Source: a virus (Duplodnaviria > Caudoviricetes). Taken from it: a stretch of DNA of 28,424 bases. This document shows positions 24,695-28,424 of the stretch, one piece after another (position 1 is the first letter of the stretch; every line of letters begins with the position of its first letter). Position numbers and translations under genes: made by a program. The DNA lies in the IMG/VR virus record IMGVR_UViG_3300014656_000101, positions 1-28,424 of that record; one strand, 5' to 3'. A model generated the notes under the pieces. That model saw nothing but the letters and a program-made list of their open reading frames with translations, had not been told where the DNA came from and searched no databases.

Positions 24695-24718
24695 TTAATA
24701 TGGTAAATAAATGGAGGT

Positions 24719-24919
24719 ATGAATATGGATAGGGATGAGAAAGCAATACAAGAAGCCAGGAATAAATATTTCGATGAGCTGGAAACGGCTCACACAGTAC
24801 GAAATATAGCTTTAGCAAATGCAGAAGATGATTACAACGTAACCCGTGCTAAAGCATGGGAAAGGCGCAACCTGGCTATAACTAAAGCAGGTGGGAAGCC
24901 AACCCCCACTACCTGCTAG
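24719..24919 (+). CDS. Hypothetical helical protein (start may be 24725)
   Basis: AAATAAATGGAGGT leader. Confidence 0.65.
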   Translation: MNMDRDEKAIQEARNKYFDELETAHTVRNIALANAEDDYNVTRAKAWERRNLAITKAGGKPTPTTC

Positions 24920-24951
24920 AGCCACTGAGATGACCGTAGGAGGCTATTACC

Positions 24952-25086
24952 ATGAGAATAGGTAGCAAACCACCAATCAAACAAATAGAGTACCCACATC
25001 GGGTAATACAGGGTAGATTACCGGGCAACTCAACAATCCTGGTGAGACATACTCAGAAAGTAGGGAACCATGCACATAACAGTTAG
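24952..25086 (+). CDS. 44-aa hypothetical protein (not in ORF track)
   Basis: AGGAGG RBS; MRIGSKPPIKQIEYPHRVIQG... Confidence 0.45.
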   Translation: MRIGSKPPIKQIEYPHRVIQGRLPGNSTILVRHTQKVGNHAHNS

Positions 25087-25270
25087 AAAAATACAGAAAA
25101 CAGAACATCGGGTTAATTGTGATGATTGCTATGATTATGAAGAAGCCACATACGAAGTGGAAATAAAGCTAGTCATACGGACTGTGGTAATTTGGCTGTG
25201 CGATAACCACTTAATGGCGTTTTCAGCACAAGCGGGTGTATTATCAAGTGTACTGGAAGGAGGAAAATAA
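25070..25270 (+). CDS. Small Zn-binding protein
   Basis: CDDC...LCDNH. Confidence 0.6.
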   Translation: MHITVRKIQKTEHRVNCDDCYDYEEATYEVEIKLVIRTVVIWLCDNHLMAFSAQAGVLSSVLEGGK

Positions 25271-25881
25271 TGGGAAAAGAATTAATCAAGGTCGTAGATG
25301 TAACTAATAGTACTGGGCATAGGCTCGTAGAACAAACAGCCCGGAATGTACTCAGGGAGGTATTTGGTGAGGAAATTTCTTTGACTATATCGGGATGGCA
25401 AGGAGTTAAATTCACAGCCGTATATGGCGATACTTATTCCTATAATGGTCACACTTTGAAGGGTATCCAAATGGATGTCGGCGATTATGGGCATAAAACA
25501 ATCAGGCGAGTAATGGTGAAGGATGGACATATTGCTGGCACTGTCTTAAAAGCTAAGTTTGCTGAACTCAAGCACCTTGCTGAAAAGATAGCTATAATTC
25601 GAGAAGAGGCGGGGGTCCGACTGAAGCAGTCGCACGATTTAGTAAATAAGATTGCATTAGTAAATAAGATTGCAGTAGAGGTAAGTCACCCTGATAACTG
25701 GTCTTGTCCTGTATTATTATATCCCAGAACACCTGATACCGTGATTTTAGAGGCAGAAGTTAATGGCTCTCAATTAGCTGTTATAGAACAGATGCTTGGT
25801 GAGCATAAAGTGAAAGTCCGCCTTATAGTACCGGCAGACAAAGCAGTTGATGTATATAATGTCATGCTAGGGGGTAAATAA
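25270..25881 (+). CDS. Hypothetical protein with in-frame 18-bp duplication
   Basis: AAGGAGG RBS; LVNKIA-LVNKIA at 25639-25674. Confidence 0.75.
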   Translation: MGKELIKVVDVTNSTGHRLVEQTARNVLREVFGEEISLTISGWQGVKFTAVYGDTYSYNGHTLKGIQMDVGDYGHKTIRRVMVKDGHIAGTVLKAKFAELKHLAEKIAIIREEAGVRLKQSHDLVNKIALVNKIAVEVSHPDNWSCPVLLYPRTPDTVILEAEVNGSQLAVIEQMLGEHKVKVRLIVPADKAVDVYNVMLGGK

Positions 25882-26153
25882 TGAAATTGACAAGAGAGCA
25901 AGCCATCGAGGACTGCAAGAAACTATGGGATGACATCGAGAAGTCGGGACTTAGTAAGGCGGACTTTCTGTTTACTACTGAAGAAGGGGAAGAGTGGTTG
26001 GAGAGATATCCAGGGAACTGTTGTCCACTATGCACCTTGATACTACTAATGTATCGTCAAAGCACCTGTAGCTAAGGTTGCTATGAACTGGGCTTCGAAG
26101 ATGAGACAATCCCCACTCAAGAGTGGCTGGACTGTATTAAGAATCTTGAATAA
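25881..26153 (+). pseudogene. Hypothetical gene with internal TAA (26073-26075), or a 64-aa CDS
   Basis: The same frame continues GCYELGFEDETIPTQEWLDCIKNLE to TAA 26151-26153, just before the next RBS. Confidence 0.45.
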
Positions 26154-26163
26154 GGGGTGAGAT

Positions 26164-26307
26164 ATGGTAACAGCAGCACCACCAAAGAAGAAAAGGTCAA
26201 TACTTCTTAAATGCCCCCGGTGCATTGGGGGCAAAATGTTCTTTGACTTGTTATACCAGGAGTGGCTATGCATGAATTGCGGTCACTCAGAAAGTAAAGT
26301 GAGGTGA
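26164..26307 (+). CDS. 47-aa zinc-ribbon protein (not in ORF track)
   Basis: GGGGTGA RBS; KCPRCIGGKMFFD...WLCMNCGH. Confidence 0.75.
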   Translation: MVTAAPPKKKRSILLKCPRCIGGKMFFDLLYQEWLCMNCGHSESKVR

Positions 26308-26311
26308 TTAA

Positions 26312-26662
26312 ATGGATTATACTAAGGGTAAATGCTTGAATTGTGATGTGCCGACAGAAGGGGGAAGATGGTTGTGTGATGGTTGTATTGGTAGAAGCGT
26401 AGATGCTATGCCACTAGAATCACAAGTTAAAGCAGCCAAGTTAGGAATGATAGCTCTGGTTGATGAAGCTACTGGATACCAAGCGGTTAGAGCTAAAGAC
26501 GAATTGTACCAACTATATTCTAAATATCTTGACAGAACGGAATCGTATGAGGCTCTTCAATCTGCTCGTAAGAAACTAGCATTGCGATATGTCCTTGAAA
26601 ATGCTTGTACCGGTGAAAAACCCACAACAGACCCACTACTGGAAAAGATTGACAAAGCCTAA
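26312..26662 (+). CDS. Zn finger fused to a P63C-associated motif fragment
   Basis: GAGGTGA RBS; CLNC...CDGC; GMIALVDEATGYQ..R.KDEL. Confidence 0.7.
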   Translation: MDYTKGKCLNCDVPTEGGRWLCDGCIGRSVDAMPLESQVKAAKLGMIALVDEATGYQAVRAKDELYQLYSKYLDRTESYEALQSARKKLALRYVLENACTGEKPTTDPLLEKIDKA

Positions 26663-26727
26663 GCAGGTTTTAATCAACCTGAACATCTATAAATTATAAC
26701 CAGTAAATAATATGGAGGTATAAGGAA

Positions 26728-26859
26728 ATGATAGACAAGTATGATATAGATGTTTTGCAATATTGGTTGCGCTTGGCCAAGACGGTTGGAACTGATGCTG
26801 TTAAGATTGTGTCTGGTGATGAACCGAACACGTATAAGGTGACAGTCAGTGTAAGGTAG
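26728..26859 (+). CDS. 43-aa hypothetical protein (not in ORF track)
   Basis: TAAATAATATGGAGGT leader. Confidence 0.6.
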   Translation: MIDKYDIDVLQYWLRLAKTVGTDAVKIVSGDEPNTYKVTVSVR

Positions 26860-27007
26860 TTAAACCCCTTCACCCTAGCCTAGTGCCTCGCCTGTCAAAG
26901 CTTATGAGGAGCGGCCTGCTTGTGCTAGAGCTTCAGCGGAGGCAAGCGGGCAGGCCGGGTGTCCAGGTGAGCCAGTGAGCTCAAATAATAGTGAGGTGAT
27001 AGTAAAA

Positions 27008-27187
27008 ATGGCATATACAGGACAAATCCACATACACGAATGTTCACGTTGCGGACACCGATGGGCTTCCAGAGACAAGAGACCAGTCAGGTGTGCCAAC
27101 TCCCCATGTAAGTCTCCATACTGGGACAAGCCACGCAGGATAATCAGGATATGTTCTCCGTATCTTGCTGGCAATGGGGAAAAATGA
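27008..27187 (+). CDS. Zinc-ribbon protein
   Basis: GAGGTGA RBS; CSRCGHRW......P.RC....CKSPYW. Confidence 0.75.
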   Translation: MAYTGQIHIHECSRCGHRWASRDKRPVRCANSPCKSPYWDKPRRIIRICSPYLAGNGEK

Positions 27188-27197
27188 GATGGGGGTA

Positions 27198-27226
27198 TTG
27201 ACAAACTGCCGGGTTGGGTGTATACT
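27198..27226 (+). promoter_or_regulatory. Sigma70-type promoter
   Basis: TTGACA 27198-27203, 17 nt, TATACT 27221-27226. Confidence 0.8.
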
Positions 27227-27327
27227 GGATGGGTAGGTTATTGGTCAGATATATGTAGATATATAGTGGGGTATAGATAAGGAACAGAGAATAGTAAGTA
27301 GAATCAAACGATAAGGAGGACAAGAAA

Positions 27328-27507
27328 GTGGCTGGAGCAAAGATAGAGAAACCGGAAGGACTGAGATGCCCCAAGTGCAAGGAGAAGAAGGACATTCAGG
27401 CTATCGGGATGGTAGTAACCGTCAGCGAAGGGCGGAAGCAGAGGTTTAAGTGTCAGGAGTGTGGCACTTCTTTTTATTTTACGCCCCGGAAGAAGAGCAA
27501 GAAATAG
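27328..27507 (+). CDS. 59-aa InsA-type zinc-ribbon protein (not in ORF track)
   Basis: AAGGAGG RBS, GTG start; CPKC...IG...GRKQRFKCQECG..F; basic tail. Confidence 0.75.
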   Translation: MAGAKIEKPEGLRCPKCKEKKDIQAIGMVVTVSEGRKQRFKCQECGTSFYFTPRKKSKK

Positions 27508-27550
27508 GTGTACCGGGTAAGTGAGAGAGAGTTAAGGAGGTAATCTAACA

Positions 27551-27877
27551 ATGGCTATTTCGACCAAAAAGGATGTCCATAAGAAATATACTGTTAGTGC
27601 CGGTGGCGGTTCTCGTTTCGCCAAGACTGACACACTCACCGAGGCGAAACAGGCTGGAGCTGCCATTGCTAGGAAGGAAGCGTGGCGTGGTAGATGGAAT
27701 TTGATGTGGCTGACTCTCTCAATCGATAAGCAGGACTCCCCAGGTTCTATCTATTACAGACCGACTGGTTGGAGGATGTATGTCCCGGTTCGCGGTTCTG
27801 GTGTTTCCAGTGACAGGATAGTGGCCGAACTCAAGCAGCGTCACGGGGTGGACCCATTTAAGTGGGTAAGGAAGTAG
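27551..27877 (+). CDS. Basic hypothetical protein
   Basis: AAGGAGGT RBS; 108 aa, K/R-rich. Confidence 0.75.
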   Translation: MAISTKKDVHKKYTVSAGGGSRFAKTDTLTEAKQAGAAIARKEAWRGRWNLMWLTLSIDKQDSPGSIYYRPTGWRMYVPVRGSGVSSDRIVAELKQRHGVDPFKWVRK

Positions 27878-27903
27878 GAGAATATAAGAGGAGGTAATCA
27901 GAG

Positions 27904-28056
27904 ATGGCAAGACAGTTCGTTGGACAGCACTATGGTAAGAATGTGTATTTCGAGAACTACAGCTACAGTTGTCCATTTTATGGGTTGTACGATTATCGTA
28001 CAGAGACTGGTCTGAAAAGAGCAATACGTAAGAAAGCATTGGGTAAAAGGGGGTAA
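27904..28056 (+). CDS. 50-aa basic protein (not in ORF track)
   Basis: AGGAGGT RBS; MARQFVGQHYGKNVYFENY...KRAIRKKALGKRG. Confidence 0.65.
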   Translation: MARQFVGQHYGKNVYFENYSYSCPFYGLYDYRTETGLKRAIRKKALGKRG

Positions 28057-28063
28057 TCTAACG

Positions 28064-28243
28064 ATGCCAATGATTAATATGTTTAACTATTTCGGTGGAA
28101 CGAAGATATACAAGCGGGTATGGGGGTGGTCGTCTAAGGCTAAAGCGCAAGAGATAGCCAAACTGGCACGGAGTAAGGGTAACTTAGCCCGCATCGTCAA
28201 GGAGGCTGACGGCTGGGTAGTCTTTGTACGGAAAGGAAGGTAA
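28064..28243 (+). CDS. 59-aa basic protein (not in ORF track)
   Basis: GGGGGT RBS; SKAKAQEIAKLARSKGNLARIVKEADGWVVFVRK. Confidence 0.7.
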   Translation: MPMINMFNYFGGTKIYKRVWGWSSKAKAQEIAKLARSKGNLARIVKEADGWVVFVRKGR

Positions 28244-28250
28244 TCTAACA

Positions 28251-28424
28251 ATGCCTGAAAATAGGAAAATGATCACATTCTACTGCGTATCCCACCGACA
28301 TAAGTTCACTATCTCCGACCCGGATGTGGTGACACTAAAAGCGGGTAGGAGTAAGGTCAGGATGAAGGCGTATACTGGATTCTGCCCGAAGCATAGAACC
28401 AGAAGTTATCAGTTTATTGGGAAA
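28251..28424 (+). CDS. DUF5679-like small Zn protein (runs off window)
   Basis: FYCVSHR....SDPDVVTLKAGR....AYTGFCPKHRT.SYQFIGK resembles the recalled DUF5679 pattern YCxxC...P....NGR...G.CPxCGT...IGK. Confidence 0.6.
   Translation, partial: MPENRKMITFYCVSHRHKFTISDPDVVTLKAGRSKVRMKAYTGFCPKHRTRSYQFIGK

Noticed and set aside
27328-27507. IS1 element
   Set aside because: Only the InsA-type Zn ribbon is present; no InsB DDE domain, frameshift signal or terminal inverted repeats
296-28039. Minus-strand ORFs and nested plus-strand ORFs in the track
   Set aside because: They overlap well-supported + strand genes or signals, lack RBSs and have no recognisable motifs
1-28424. Alternative genetic code (stop reassignment)
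   Set aside because: Long conserved genes are intact in code 11, and TAA, TAG and TGA all terminate genes

Overview
A 28.4 kb fragment of a dsDNA virus or virus-like element. Every credible gene is on the + strand. Expression signals are bacterial: six TTGACA-17/18-TAnnnT promoters, GGAGG ribosome-binding sites and a lipobox. Some small Zn proteins weakly suggest a Chloroflexota-like host. Bases 1-20.5k form a replication, recombination and DNA-modification block: two N4/N6 DNA methyltransferases plus a minimal MTase-like ORF, a phased palindromic repeat array (candidate ori or centromere), a DinG/XPD-like Fe-S helicase, a PD-(D/E)XK nuclease, an AAA ATPase, thymidylate synthase, an ERCC4-HhH nuclease, a metallophosphoesterase, YopX, a UDG4-PolA fusion and DUF4326. 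Two regions stand out. (1) A ~780 nt intergenic RNA cassette (6757-7520) holds a tRNA-Leu-like RNA with a ~200 nt structured insert, a second closed ~270 nt structured RNA and a canonical type II hammerhead ribozyme. (2) A self-contained operon (20653-21773) encodes a lipoprotein, a small basic protein and two 59-aa hydrophobic helix-turn-helix paralogues missing from the ORF track; these resemble the major capsid proteins of archaeal spindle-shaped viruses, yet sit in a bacterial-type genome. Bases 21.8-27.2k are an AT-richer array of small early-type genes with shared leaders and one-to-many inverted repeats. From 27.2k to the end is a cluster of small basic or Zn proteins. No tailed-phage structural genes are visible. 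All family calls come from motif recognition by eye, not from database searches.
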